This document shows positions 17,859 to 27,761 of a stretch of 64,000 bases of DNA, piece after piece. How positions within the stretch are numbered: the stretch's first letter is position 1; every line of letters starts with the position of its first letter. Both the position numbers and the translations under genes were made by a program. The notes under the pieces were generated by a model that was given only the letters and a program-made list of their open reading frames with translations, did not search any database and was not told the origin of the DNA. Origin of the DNA: Gemmatimonadaceae bacterium (lineage in GTDB: Bacteria > Gemmatimonadota > Gemmatimonadetes > Gemmatimonadales > Gemmatimonadaceae); contig DASRHU010000052.1 of NCBI GenBank assembly GCA_035650335.1, positions 17,043 to 81,042 on the forward strand, written 5' to 3'.

Positions 17859-19349
17859 ATGAGACTCACTGTGCTCGTCGCACTCGTGCTTGCCGCCGGC
17901 CTTCTGCCGCCCGCCGTGGACGCTCAGGTCCCGGATACGGCTCGCAGCGCCGTGCTCACGCTCGAGGAGGCGATCGCGCTGGCCCAGCGCAACAATCCGC
18001 AGCACCTTCAGCTGGTGAACGACCAGCGCGCCGCCAACGCGTCCGTCCGCGCGGCCTACGGGTCATTGTTGCCGAGCGCGAGCATTTCCTTCAGCAGTGA
18101 GTACCGGAAGGAAGGCTCTCAGCCGTTTCAGGGCCTCAACTTCAGCACGAGCTCCGACGTCTACCAGTCGTCCTATTGGCTCGGCTTGCAGTACGACATC
18201 AGCCCGGCGACGTTCATCACACCGAAGCTCGAATCGGCGCGACGTGACGCCGTCGAGGCCGACATCGCCGGGTCGAGCCACGCCTTGCGAGCGCTCGTTA
18301 CCCAGGACTACTTGACCGCGCTGAAGTCCGAGGCGCAGGCGACGTTGCAGGATACGCTGACTCGAACCGCCGAGGTGCAGCTGGAGCTGGCGCGCGCCCG
18401 AGCGGCTGTCGGCGCCGGCACTCAGCTCGACGTCACGCGCGCCGAGGTCGCCCTGGGGACGCAGCAGGTGGCCGCCCTGCGCGCGCGAAACACTGCTGAA
18501 ATCGACAAGCTGCGACTGTTCGAGCGCATGGGAGTCGCTCAGCCTGCCAATGTGCGGCTTTCCTCGCGATTCGCCGTTACCGCGCCTTCGATCTCGATGG
18601 ACGAGGTTCTGCGGATCGCTCGGGAGGAAAACCCCGCCCTCCGTGCCTATCGATCGCGAGAGAAAGTCGCATCGCTCGACGTTCGACGGGCGCAGTCGCA
18701 ATATTTGCCCTCGCTCAGCGTCAGCACCGGCTGGGGCGGGTATACGCAGCAGTACACGAACGATAGGTTCCTCGTCGAGGGAGCGCGTTCGCGCGTCCTG
18801 GGGGACCGCGCACAATGCTTCACGACCGACTCGATTCGACAAGGTGCCGGATTGAGTCCAATCACCTCATTCTGCAACAGCGCCTTCACCTTCGGCCCAG
18901 CCGATGAGGAAGCAATCCGGCGCGAGAACGACAGGTTCCCGTTCGATTTCACCCGCCAGCCATTCAGCGTACAGGCGCGCGTGTCGCTTCCGCTGTTCGA
19001 CGGCTTCACGCGCGAGCAGCGCGTGCAGGTTGCCCAGGCCTCACGCGATGATGCACGATTCCAGGTGCGGCAGACCGAGCTTCGCCTCACGGCCGACGTC
19101 AGCGCGGCGTATTACACGCTGGTGACGGCGGTGCGCGCGAGCGAAGTGCAGGAGCAGAATGCCGCCAAGGCGCGAGAGGAGCTGCGCTTGACCGAGGAAC
19201 GCTACCGTGTGGGCGCCGCGACTTTCGTCGAGCTCGCCGAGTCGCGTTCGAGCTTCGAGCGGGCCGAGCAGGACCGGATCGCCGCAATTTACGATTACCA
19301 CCAGGCGTGGGCCGCACTCGAGAACGCGGTCGGCCGCCCACTTCGCTAA
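17859..19349 (+). CDS. TolC-family outer-membrane efflux protein
   Basis: 496 aa. Signal peptide (MRLTVLVALVLAAGLLPPAVDAQ), LTLEEAIALAQRNNPQ, and two repeated OEP halves. It is first in the efflux operon. Confidence 0.9.
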   Translation: MRLTVLVALVLAAGLLPPAVDAQVPDTARSAVLTLEEAIALAQRNNPQHLQLVNDQRAANASVRAAYGSLLPSASISFSSEYRKEGSQPFQGLNFSTSSDVYQSSYWLGLQYDISPATFITPKLESARRDAVEADIAGSSHALRALVTQDYLTALKSEAQATLQDTLTRTAEVQLELARARAAVGAGTQLDVTRAEVALGTQQVAALRARNTAEIDKLRLFERMGVAQPANVRLSSRFAVTAPSISMDEVLRIAREENPALRAYRSREKVASLDVRRAQSQYLPSLSVSTGWGGYTQQYTNDRFLVEGARSRVLGDRAQCFTTDSIRQGAGLSPITSFCNSAFTFGPADEEAIRRENDRFPFDFTRQPFSVQARVSLPLFDGFTREQRVQVAQASRDDARFQVRQTELRLTADVSAAYYTLVTAVRASEVQEQNAAKAREELRLTEERYRVGAATFVELAESRSSFERAEQDRIAAIYDYHQAWAALENAVGRPLR

Positions 19350-19361
19350 ACAGAGGACGAC

Positions 19362-20651
19362 ATGAGCCGGAAGACCAAATGGGGAATCGGAGTGGTGCTC
19401 GTTCTCGGCCTCGGCACCTGCGTCGCCGTCACCGCGGCGAAGCGAGGTAACAAGGCCGTCGACGTCCGCATCGAGGAGGTCGCTCGTCGCGATCTCGTGG
19501 CGTCGGTGACCGCGAGCGGTCAGGTGGAGCCGCGCACGAAGGTCGACCTCACCGCCGACATCAGCGGACGCATCGTTCGCCTGGCGGTGAAGGAAGGTCA
19601 GATGGTGTCGCGCGGACAGTTCCTCCTCGAGATCGATCCCGTGCAGTATCAGGCAGGGGTCCAGCGTGCGGCCGCCGGGCTTGCCGCGGCGCGCGCGCAG
19701 GAGGCGCAGGCCAAGGCCAACGTGGAGCAGGCGCGCAGCAACCTCGCGCGGTCGGAGGAGATCCGTCGAGCCAACCCGACGCTCGTGTCAGCCGAGCAGC
19801 TCGAACAGCTGAAGACGGCCGTCGAGGTGAACGAGGCGCTGTATCAATCGGCCAGGCACAACGTCGAGCAATCCGCCGCATCGCTGCGCGACGCCCGCTC
19901 GAGTCTCTCGAAGACGGTGATTCTCGCGCCAATGGCGGGACGCATCACGCGACTCAACGTCGAGCTCGGTGAGACGGCCGTGCCCGGCACCTTCAACATG
20001 GACGCCGCCACGCTGCTGACGATCGCCGACATGAGCGTGCTCGAGACGAAGATCAAGGTCGACGAGACCGACGTCGCGCGCATCTCGCTGGGCGATTCGG
20101 CGATGGTCGAGATCGACGCGTTCCCCGATACCTCGTTCGTCGGCCGAGTGGTCGAGATCTCGAACAGCTCGATCAAGCTGGCGGGTGGTGGCGGCCAGCC
20201 GGGCCAGGATCAGGCCGTGGACTACGAGGTCACGGTGCAGCTCGTGAATCCGCCGTCGGAGACGCGACCCGACTTCTCGGCGACGGCCAAGATCGTCACC
20301 GACACGCGCCAGAACGTCCTGGCGGTTCCGATCATCGCGCTCACGGTGCGCGAGCACGAGACCACGAAGTCGAGTGATTCCGCGGCGATCGCGCTCGGGC
20401 GCCAGCCCACGAAGCAGGTCGGGCAGCGCGACGTCGAAGGCGTATTTGTGGTCGGCAAGGAGAACAAGGTGTCGTTCCGCCCGGTACGCGTCGGCATCGC
20501 CGGAGAGGAATACTTCGAGGTCATCGAGGGCCTCCAGCCCGGCGAGAAGATCGTCGCGGGCAGCTACCAGGCAATTCGCGAGCTGCGCGATGGGGCCACC
20601 GTTCGTGAGGCGAAGCAGGAAGCGAAGCCCGCGCAAGGAGCCAAGGCGTGA
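19362..20651 (+). CDS. Efflux transporter periplasmic adaptor (HlyD/MacA-type membrane fusion protein)
   Basis: 429 aa with an N-terminal anchor, a coiled-coil hairpin ([30 protein letters not shown]), and barrel-sandwich and beta-barrel segments ([19 protein letters not shown]). Confidence 0.9.
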   Translation: MSRKTKWGIGVVLVLGLGTCVAVTAAKRGNKAVDVRIEEVARRDLVASVTASGQVEPRTKVDLTADISGRIVRLAVKEGQMVSRGQFLLEIDPVQYQAGVQRAAAGLAAARAQEAQAKANVEQARSNLARSEEIRRANPTLVSAEQLEQLKTAVEVNEALYQSARHNVEQSAASLRDARSSLSKTVILAPMAGRITRLNVELGETAVPGTFNMDAATLLTIADMSVLETKIKVDETDVARISLGDSAMVEIDAFPDTSFVGRVVEISNSSIKLAGGGGQPGQDQAVDYEVTVQLVNPPSETRPDFSATAKIVTDTRQNVLAVPIIALTVREHETTKSSDSAAIALGRQPTKQVGQRDVEGVFVVGKENKVSFRPVRVGIAGEEYFEVIEGLQPGEKIVAGSYQAIRELRDGATVREAKQEAKPAQGAKA

Positions 20652-21454
20652 GCACGCAATACGAGACGGCGATCAGCAACACGGCCGAACGCGAAGCCGT
20701 CATTCGCGACCACGGCGGCGCGCCGGAAGACGACTGGGTCATCGTGACGCGCGGCATCCAGCGCGATTACGACATGGGGGGCGAAGTGGTGCACGCCCTT
20801 CGTGGCGTGGATCTGGCCGTCAGACGCAACGAGTACGTCGCCATCATGGGTCCGTCGGGCTCGGGCAAGTCGACACTCATGAACATCATCGGGTGCCTCG
20901 ACACGCCGACGGCCGGCGAATACTGGCTCAACGGGCAGCTCGTGTCGGCCATGAGCGACGACGAGCTGGCCCGTGTTCGCAACCGGGAGATCGGGTTCGT
21001 CTTCCAGACCTTCAACCTGCTCCCGCGGGCGACCGCGCTGCATAACGTGGAGCTGCCGCTCGTCTACGCGGGTATCCCCTCGCAGGAGCGGAAGCGGCGC
21101 GCCAATGAAGCACTGGAGCGCGTGCAGCTCAGCGACCGGGCGAGCCACCGCCCGAACGAGCTCTCCGGGGGGCAGCGGCAGCGCGTCGCCATCGCGCGCG
21201 CGCTGGTGAACCGGCCGGCGATCCTCCTCGCGGACGAGCCGACGGGCAACCTCGACTCGGGAACGTCGGCGGAGATCATGAAGGTGTTCGAGACGCTGGC
21301 CACCGAGGGTCAAACCGTCATCATGGTCACGCACGAAGCGGACATCGCCGCGCACGCTCGACGCATCGTCGTGCTCCGCGATGGACGCATCTCGTCCGAC
21401 GAACGGCGGGAGTCGTTCGCCGCGCGCGTGGCGCTTGCCCAGGCCGCACACTAG
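20648..21454 (+). CDS. ABC transporter ATP-binding protein (MacB/LolD type)
   Basis: Walker [10 protein letters not shown], signature [15 protein letters not shown], Walker [16 protein letters not shown] overlap with the adaptor gene. Confidence 0.93.
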   Translation: MSTQYETAISNTAEREAVIRDHGGAPEDDWVIVTRGIQRDYDMGGEVVHALRGVDLAVRRNEYVAIMGPSGSGKSTLMNIIGCLDTPTAGEYWLNGQLVSAMSDDELARVRNREIGFVFQTFNLLPRATALHNVELPLVYAGIPSQERKRRANEALERVQLSDRASHRPNELSGGQRQRVAIARALVNRPAILLADEPTGNLDSGTSAEIMKVFETLATEGQTVIMVTHEADIAAHARRIVVLRDGRISSDERRESFAARVALAQAAH

Positions 21455-21456
21455 CC

Positions 21457-22698
21457 GTGCCGTTCTTCGAGGCCATTCGACTCGCGCTCTCGCAGATTCG
21501 CGCGCAGAAGCTGAAGAGCTTCTTCACGCTCCTCGGCGTGACCATTGGGGTCATGTTCCTGATCGCGGTCGTCGCCGTCATCAACGGCATGGGCCGCTAC
21601 ATGGAAGAGGAGTTCGCCGGCAAGCTGATGGGGGTGAACACCTTCACCCTGCGTCACCGGCCGTACTTCGAGATGAACACCACCGACGAGGAGTGGCGGT
21701 CGTACGCGAGGCGGCAGCGCATCATGCTGCACGACGTCGAGCCGGTGGTCGCGGCGCTCCCGCCCGACATCATGTGGGCGGTCGAGAGTCGCGACAACAT
21801 CCCGGTGTCGACGAAGGACATGCGCCCGCGAGACGTCGACGCGTTCGCCGTGGACGGGCAGTTCTTCGAGATCCGGAGCCTCGACGTCGCGAGCGGACGG
21901 TTGATCGCGCCTCACGAGTTCGCGAACGGCTCGAAGGTGGTGGTGATCGGGCAGGACGTCAAAAAACGGTTCTTCCCCACGACCGAGGCGCTTGGCCGCG
22001 AGCTGCGGATCGGGGGTGTGCCGTACCGCATCATTGGCGTGATGGAGGAGCAGGGATCGGTGTTCGGTCTCTCCGTCGACAAGTTCGTTGTCGGGCCGAT
22101 GAAATCGCCGCTCGCGCGCCTGCTCAATCGTCGCCCCGGCATCATCGATGGCATCATCCTCAAGTCGAGCTCGATGCAGGGGATGCAGGAAGGGATGGAG
22201 CGCGTCCGCCAGGTCATGCGCGGGCGCCACCACCTGCGCCCTGCCCAGCCGGACGACTTCGCCATCGAGACGACGGAGTCCGCGCTCACCTTCTGGGCGA
22301 AAATCGAGAACGTGCTCGTCATGGCCGGCGTCGTCCTTCCCGCCATCGGCCTGCTCGTCGGCGCCATCGTCATCATGAATATCATGCTGGTGGCGGTCGC
22401 ACAGCGCACGCGCGAGATCGGCATCCGGAAGTCGCTCGGCGCGCGACGTCGCGACATCCTCTCGCAGTTCCTCGTCGAGGCGGCCACGCTCAGCACGATC
22501 GGAGCGGTATTCGGCATTCTGCTCGGAGTTGGGATCGCGGCACTCGTCGAGAAGGCGAGCCCGATGCCAGCCAGCGTGGCGCCCTGGTCGGTCGTGACGG
22601 CGGTCTTCCTCGGTGCAGGCGTCGGCATCATCTCGGGCATGTATCCCGCGGCGCGCGCGGCCCGGCTCGACCCAATCGTCGCCCTGCGACAGGAGTGA
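21457..22698 (+). CDS. ABC transporter permease, MacB/FtsX family
   Basis: 413 aa. N-terminal TM segment (LKSFFTLLGVTIGVMFLIAVVAVING), a periplasmic MacB_PCD-like domain, and a C-terminal FtsX domain with QRTREIGIRKSLGA. Confidence 0.9.
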   Translation: MPFFEAIRLALSQIRAQKLKSFFTLLGVTIGVMFLIAVVAVINGMGRYMEEEFAGKLMGVNTFTLRHRPYFEMNTTDEEWRSYARRQRIMLHDVEPVVAALPPDIMWAVESRDNIPVSTKDMRPRDVDAFAVDGQFFEIRSLDVASGRLIAPHEFANGSKVVVIGQDVKKRFFPTTEALGRELRIGGVPYRIIGVMEEQGSVFGLSVDKFVVGPMKSPLARLLNRRPGIIDGIILKSSSMQGMQEGMERVRQVMRGRHHLRPAQPDDFAIETTESALTFWAKIENVLVMAGVVLPAIGLLVGAIVIMNIMLVAVAQRTREIGIRKSLGARRRDILSQFLVEAATLSTIGAVFGILLGVGIAALVEKASPMPASVAPWSVVTAVFLGAGVGIISGMYPAARAARLDPIVALRQE

Positions 22699-22700
22699 CG

Positions 22701-23966
22701 ATGAGCTTCTCCGCACGCGTCTTCAACCTGCTGGAAGGGGTCGGCATCGCGTTCGATTCGATTCGCGCGAACAAGGTCCGCGCGGCGCTGACGATCCTCG
22801 GCGTCGCCGTCGGCGTGTTCACCGTCGTGGGGATTTCGGCGGCGATTTACGGCATCAATCGGAGCGTCGCCCGCGACTTCGAGGCGGCCGGGCCAACCTC
22901 GTTCTTCATCTACAAGTTTCCGATCGACTTCAACGTCTGCGACGGCAGCGACGAAACCTGCCCCTGGATTCACTATCCGGCGCTCACCACCGCGGAGGGC
23001 GACGCGCTCGCCCGACTCCCGACCATTCGCGGCGTCACCACACACGTGGGCAGCTCCGCGACCTTCAAGTACAAGGACCGCCAGCTGAGGAGCGGGCTCC
23101 TCGACTTGTACACGCCAGGGTGGACCGACGTGGACGGGGGAGACATCTCGCCGGGGCGGAGCTTCACGTACGCCGAGAACGAAACCGCCGCCCGCGTGGT
23201 GCTCATCAACGACCTCATGGCCGAACGGCTCTTCGGGGACATGGATCCCATCGGGAAGTTCATCACGATCAACGGCCAGCATTTCCGCGTGATCGGGCTG
23301 TATCACTACAAAGCGAGCTTTCTCGGAACGCCAGGTCGCGAGGGGGGCGACCGACCGCGCGCGATCGTGCCGTTCGAGTCGGGCCGACGTCACCTGTCCG
23401 TGTGGACACGTTGGGCGGACATGACGGTGAAGCCGGTGGACGGTGTGCCGCGCGATGTCGCGATGGACGACGTCATCGCCCGCCTGCGATCCATTCGCGG
23501 CCTTGGACCGGCAGAAGAGAACACCTTCTTCGTCACGCCCCAGGAAAAGCTGTTCGAGTTCTGGAACAAGCTCACCGGCGTGTTCTTCATCGTGATGTTC
23601 GTACTGTCGGCGATCGGTCTGATCGTCGGCGGCGTGGGCGTGATCGCCATCATGATGATCAGTGTCACCGAGCGCACGCGTGAGATTGGCGTTCGCAAGG
23701 CGCTCGGCGCGACGCGATGGACGATCATGTGGCAATTCCTCGTCGAGGCGGTGACACTCACCGGCGTTGGCGCGGCATTCGGGCTTTTGTTCGGCGCCAT
23801 CGTGACGTGGCTCGTGCGCTCGAACACTCCGATCGAAGCGACGATGACCCCCTTCTGGATCGCGGTGGCAGTCGCCGGTAGCGCGCTCACGGGGGTTCTG
23901 TTCGGCATCTTGCCGGCCATGCGCGCCGCACGCCTCGACCCGGTGGAAGCGCTGAGGTACGAGTAG
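22701..23966 (+). CDS. ABC transporter permease, MacB/FtsX family (second paralog)
   Basis: In-frame ATG inside the 861-aa track ORF: MSFSARVFNLLEGVGIAFDSIRANKVRAALTILGVAVGVF...ERTREIGVRKALGA...VEALRYE. The upstream part of that track ORF is a shadow frame. Confidence 0.9.
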   Translation: MSFSARVFNLLEGVGIAFDSIRANKVRAALTILGVAVGVFTVVGISAAIYGINRSVARDFEAAGPTSFFIYKFPIDFNVCDGSDETCPWIHYPALTTAEGDALARLPTIRGVTTHVGSSATFKYKDRQLRSGLLDLYTPGWTDVDGGDISPGRSFTYAENETAARVVLINDLMAERLFGDMDPIGKFITINGQHFRVIGLYHYKASFLGTPGREGGDRPRAIVPFESGRRHLSVWTRWADMTVKPVDGVPRDVAMDDVIARLRSIRGLGPAEENTFFVTPQEKLFEFWNKLTGVFFIVMFVLSAIGLIVGGVGVIAIMMISVTERTREIGVRKALGATRWTIMWQFLVEAVTLTGVGAAFGLLFGAIVTWLVRSNTPIEATMTPFWIAVAVAGSALTGVLFGILPAMRAARLDPVEALRYE

Positions 23967-23970
23967 CCGC

Positions 23971-24093
23971 GGGGTCGACGGGTTCGAGGGGATCGAAGGC
24001 GATCAAGGGGAACTTCAGTAGGCGCTGGCTAACTCTCTGCGCCACCTGACGTTCCCCTTGATCGCCTTAGAACCCTTCGAACCCCTCGATCCC
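23971..24093. repeat. Palindromic element: 43-nt arms made of 9-nt GGGNTCGAN units, 37-nt spacer
   Basis: Left arm ggggtcgac gggttcgag gggatcgaa ggcgatcaa ggggaac (23971-24013). The right arm (24051-24093) is its imperfect reverse complement, with the inner 18 nt perfect. It starts 5 nt after the permease stop. Confidence 0.9.
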
Positions 24094-24138
24094 GGCCTCA
24101 ACCCGTGACCGCCGGCACGCTCGTTCAGTCCTTTCGGT

Positions 24139-26133
24139 ATGAGCGAGGTCCCCCGCAGCAAGCTGCCCGTCAACGGTCGCGTCGTCACGCAGGCCACCTC
24201 ATCGTTCGCCAAGACGGTATCCACGCTGGCGGCGCTGGTCTCCGTGCTTTCGTTCGCGCGCGCATACGGCGTGATCGGCGATGACGCCGCGCACCTCACC
24301 GTCGGTGACATCGGTGCGGTGTGGGTCGGCCTTTCGCCGAGCGCGGACACGGCCGAAGCGCTGAACGATACGCTGCAGCTCACGGCGACGATCAAGGACA
24401 AGAGCGGGAGCGCGCTCATGGGCGCATCGCTGAAGTGGACGAGCGATCATCCCGAGATCGCGTCGGTGACGCAGGGCGGCGCGGTCGTGGCCCATGCGCC
24501 AGGAACGACGACGATCACCGCGACGGTCGGGGGACTCGTCGCGCGGTCGCGCATCGTCGTCAGGCCGTTCGTCGCCAACGTGCGCATTGCGGGGGACAGC
24601 GACATCGTGATGCGCGACGGGGAGCAGCGCGCGATCTCCGCCCGCGGCGTCGACCGGCGCGGCTACGTCATCCCGGGGCTCTTCGCGAAGTGGCGGACCA
24701 CGGACACCGCCATCGTCCGCGTGGACTCGAACGGGTTCTCCACGGCCCAGCGCCCCGGGCGTGCGCTGCTCGAGGCGACGATCGCCGGTGTGAGCGTGCA
24801 AGCACCCGTCACCGTCATTCCGACGGCGTTCGCTGTGCGCGTGGTATCTGGCGACAACCAACGCGCCCCGGCGCGCGCAACGCTGCCACTTCCCGTCGTC
24901 GTTCGTGTCGTGTCGCGGCACGGGCTGCCCATTCCACGAACGAAGGTCCAGTTTCGGCCTGAGATCGCTGAGGAGCGCGCGGAGCCCGACACCGCGACGA
25001 CTGACGCAGACGGACGCGCGAAGACGCTGTGGCGCCTCGGTGCGATCCCGGGAACGCGGCGCCTGCTGGTGCTTGCCGAGGGGGTGGATAGCGCCGTCGC
25101 CATCACCGCCGACGCGGAGCCGCTCGCCGCCGAGACGCGCATCATTGCTCTGGATACCGGGCAGCAGGCGGACATCGGCGCGAAGCTGCCCCGCCCCGTC
25201 GCGATCAGAGTCACCGACACGACCGGTCGCCCATTGAGCGACCTGCCGGTGAGCTGGGTTGCGCTCGAGGGGGGCGCGCTGATGCCCCTGGCCGCGCGAA
25301 CCGATTCGTTGGGTGAGGCGCGCGTGGAGTGGACGCTCTCGAACCGCGCCGGTGTTCAGCGCCTGCGGGCACAAATCGGCGTCACGCGGGCGGTGCCACC
25401 GGTGGTGATCAAGGCCACGGCGAAGGCTGGCGGTCCCGCGAGCGCATGGGTCGTCGGGGGGAACACGCAGACCGGGAAGGTCGGCGCGCCGCTCGCGAAG
25501 AAAGTCGCGATCAAGGTGCTCGATCGCGCAGGTAACGCCGTGCCGAACGCGGTGGTGTACTTCGCGCCCGTTCAGGGATCCGTGATCGATTCCGCCGTGA
25601 TGGCGGATACGACCGGCATCGCGCGCGCGGTCTGGACGCTCGATCGCGCCCCAGGGCCGCATTCGCTGTCGGTGCGAGTGGAGGGAGTGGCGCGACCTCT
25701 CATCGTTACGGCTGTCGCACGTCCCGGAGCGGCCGCGGCGATCGAGCTCACGCCAAAACAGGCCGTGGGCACGCCGGGAAAGCCGCTCGCCGACGGAGTG
25801 GAGGCGCTGGTGACCGACGAGTTCGGCAACGTCTTGAAGGGCGCTACCGTCACGTTCAAGGCCAGCGAAGGCACGCTGTCGCCGGCGCGCGTCGTCACCG
25901 ACGAGAAGGGTCGGGCGCGCACACGATGGACGTTGGGGCGCGGCCGCGTCGAGCAGTCGCTCATCGCCCGTGTGCTCGGCAGCGGTGCGAGCGCCAGCCT
26001 CGCCGCGCGTGTGTCGCTTCCGGCCACCACCGGGTCATCGACAACCACGACGAAGCCAGCGGTCTCGACGAAGACCGCCGCCAAGACGCCCTCGAAGACA
26101 TCCTCGAATCGGAAGTCAGCGCGTAAGCCGTAG
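24139..26133 (+). CDS. Membrane-anchored protein with tandem bacterial Ig-like domains (Big_2-like, then invasin/Big_1-like repeats)
   Basis: 664 aa. N-terminal anchor (TVSTLAALVSVLSFA), Big_2-like segments (LQLTATIKDKSGSALMGASLKWTSDHPEIASV...GTTTITATV), then four repeats of about 95 aa of the type GDNQ/GNTQ...LP.PV.IRV.D..G.P..., and a Ser/Thr/Lys-rich tail. Confidence 0.8.
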   Translation: MSEVPRSKLPVNGRVVTQATSSFAKTVSTLAALVSVLSFARAYGVIGDDAAHLTVGDIGAVWVGLSPSADTAEALNDTLQLTATIKDKSGSALMGASLKWTSDHPEIASVTQGGAVVAHAPGTTTITATVGGLVARSRIVVRPFVANVRIAGDSDIVMRDGEQRAISARGVDRRGYVIPGLFAKWRTTDTAIVRVDSNGFSTAQRPGRALLEATIAGVSVQAPVTVIPTAFAVRVVSGDNQRAPARATLPLPVVVRVVSRHGLPIPRTKVQFRPEIAEERAEPDTATTDADGRAKTLWRLGAIPGTRRLLVLAEGVDSAVAITADAEPLAAETRIIALDTGQQADIGAKLPRPVAIRVTDTTGRPLSDLPVSWVALEGGALMPLAARTDSLGEARVEWTLSNRAGVQRLRAQIGVTRAVPPVVIKATAKAGGPASAWVVGGNTQTGKVGAPLAKKVAIKVLDRAGNAVPNAVVYFAPVQGSVIDSAVMADTTGIARAVWTLDRAPGPHSLSVRVEGVARPLIVTAVARPGAAAAIELTPKQAVGTPGKPLADGVEALVTDEFGNVLKGATVTFKASEGTLSPARVVTDEKGRARTRWTLGRGRVEQSLIARVLGSGASASLAARVSLPATTGSSTTTTKPAVSTKTAAKTPSKTSSNRKSARKP

Positions 26134-26172
26134 GCTCGCTGTTTCGACCGTGCGACCTTCTCCCACGAAGCA

Positions 26173-26218
26173 AGAAAGCCGCGGAGGCCAACGTCGGCCC
26201 CCAGCGGCTTTCTCTTTT
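26173..26218. terminator. Hairpin between convergent genes (possible bidirectional terminator)
   Basis: agaaagccgc (26173-26182) pairs with gcggctttct (26204-26213). A T-rich run, tctcttttcc, follows on the plus strand. Lies between stops at 26133 and 26230. Confidence 0.5.
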
Positions 26219-26229
26219 CCCTCAGGATC

Positions 26230-27741
26230 CTACGCCTGACTCGTCACGCAATCCGACGGATCGTACAGCGGATTGTTTTGCTCGTTGAACGGAACGGGGT
26301 ACGAGACGTCCGTTCCGTAGGTGCCACCGCGGAAATGCGGACCCGTCGGGAACACCTGCGACGCCGTGAATCCGTAGTGCCGAACGAGACGACGCAGATC
26401 TCCAAGGCGATGCCCGGTGTGGTACAGCCACAGCGCACGCTCCTGGAACAGCAGGGCACGGCGGGCCTCGAACCGTTCGGCCGGCGTCGCCAATCCGGCT
26501 CCTGGGTCGGTGAGCGGATCGAGCGAGACGCCGCCGCCCGCGTTGAAGAACCGCTGAATCTGGCCGGGATACAGCCGCGGCAGCAGCGTGGCCACACTCG
26601 CACGGAGAGCGTTCAGCCTCGCCATCATCAGCGAGTCATTTCCCGCCTGAAGAGCGGCCTCGGCCTCGATCAAGCGAGCCTCGACCCCCGAGGCCAGGGG
26701 AACGTCAGCCTCGAAGTTGAAATAGTTGTTGTTCCACCAGCAGAAGATCGCCGAGCTGAAGCATCGCCCGTTGCCGGGCCGCGCCTGCCACGGCACGCGG
26801 GGATCGCGCAGTCCGCGGAACGGCAGGCCCTCGGCGCTCGGTGCCGTGAGCGGGTGCGTGTTGAGATCCGACCGCAACGCCGCCCCGGTGCTGCTCAGGC
26901 CGCCCTCGAGGTTCGCGACGCCGTACCGCCCATTCTGTTGAAGCGACGCGGCTGGATTGTTCTCCGAACCAAGGTTGACGGAGTGCTCGAGCAGGAACAC
27001 GTAGTCCGTCGGAATCGTCGCCACGGCAGCGGCGGCGCCGGCGAAATCGCCGAGGTTCAGCAGCGCTCTCGCCTTCCCCATCAGGGCGAGGCGGTCGGTG
27101 CCGACATAGCTGAGCGCCTCGTCGAACCGATCGACCGCCGTATCGCTCATCTGGTCCGTTGTCAGCGACTCGCCGTACTCGATCGTCGCCGGATCGATGA
27201 GCCCGGCGTCCGGCATCCTGCTGAACGGGACGGCGCCGCACCAGCCCTCGCTCAATGTCACGTACACGTACCCTTCGATCGTGCGGAGACGCGCTTTGTA
27301 CGCGTCGTCGCCGCCCGGGTCGCTCGGGAACTGCTCGACCACGGCGAATGCCCGCCGGGCGTTGAACCGCGCCTGCATCAAGCGGGAAAACGCATTGTCG
27401 GTAATGTTGCCTAACACCACCGGCTGCAGATTCCGCTTGTCCGCCGCCTCACGAGTGGTGAAGGTGTCTCCGTAATATGTCTCGTCGGTCAGGACCGCCG
27501 ACCCGGAAAGAAACGCGTCATCCAGTCCGAGGCCGCTGTACCCGCCGAGGAACTGGCGAAACGCGCCGTTGACGAGCGCGGGAACCGCACCCGCGTTCAG
27601 GACTTCCTCTGGGCGAAGGGCCGCCGGATCGTCGACATCGACGAGGTCGTTCGTGTCGCACCCGACCGAGAGCGCGAGCACTCCCGCCAGCGCGAGCCAC
27701 GTTCTTCCGCGGCGCCTCGGCACTATGTATGAGAGATTCAT
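26230..27741 (-). CDS. SusD/RagB-family nutrient-binding outer-membrane lipoprotein
   Basis: The start is taken at the internal Met, giving MNLSYIVPRRRGRTWLALAGVLALSVGC (lipobox). TPR-like SusD body. Located 20 nt downstream of SusC. Confidence 0.85.
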   Translation of the reverse strand: MNLSYIVPRRRGRTWLALAGVLALSVGCDTNDLVDVDDPAALRPEEVLNAGAVPALVNGAFRQFLGGYSGLGLDDAFLSGSAVLTDETYYGDTFTTREAADKRNLQPVVLGNITDNAFSRLMQARFNARRAFAVVEQFPSDPGGDDAYKARLRTIEGYVYVTLSEGWCGAVPFSRMPDAGLIDPATIEYGESLTTDQMSDTAVDRFDEALSYVGTDRLALMGKARALLNLGDFAGAAAAVATIPTDYVFLLEHSVNLGSENNPAASLQQNGRYGVANLEGGLSSTGAALRSDLNTHPLTAPSAEGLPFRGLRDPRVPWQARPGNGRCFSSAIFCWWNNNYFNFEADVPLASGVEARLIEAEAALQAGNDSLMMARLNALRASVATLLPRLYPGQIQRFFNAGGGVSLDPLTDPGAGLATPAERFEARRALLFQERALWLYHTGHRLGDLRRLVRHYGFTASQVFPTGPHFRGGTYGTDVSYPVPFNEQNNPLYDPSDCVTSQA

Positions 27742-27761
27742 GATTGTATGTGTAACCCTGG

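Noticed and set aside
21381-22700. N-terminal 440 aa of the 861-aa plus-strand ORF
   Set aside because: This is an Arg/His/Gly-rich, low-complexity shadow frame over the ABC ATPase and first permease genes. The genuine second permease starts at the in-frame ATG at 22701.
21912-25662. Long antisense ORFs (21912-23735, 607 aa; 24199-25662, 487 aa)
   Set aside because: They lie fully antisense to strongly supported genes (FtsX permeases, Ig-like protein). Their composition is dominated by Arg, Pro, Ala and Asp, as expected for high-GC shadow ORFs, and they have no family motifs.
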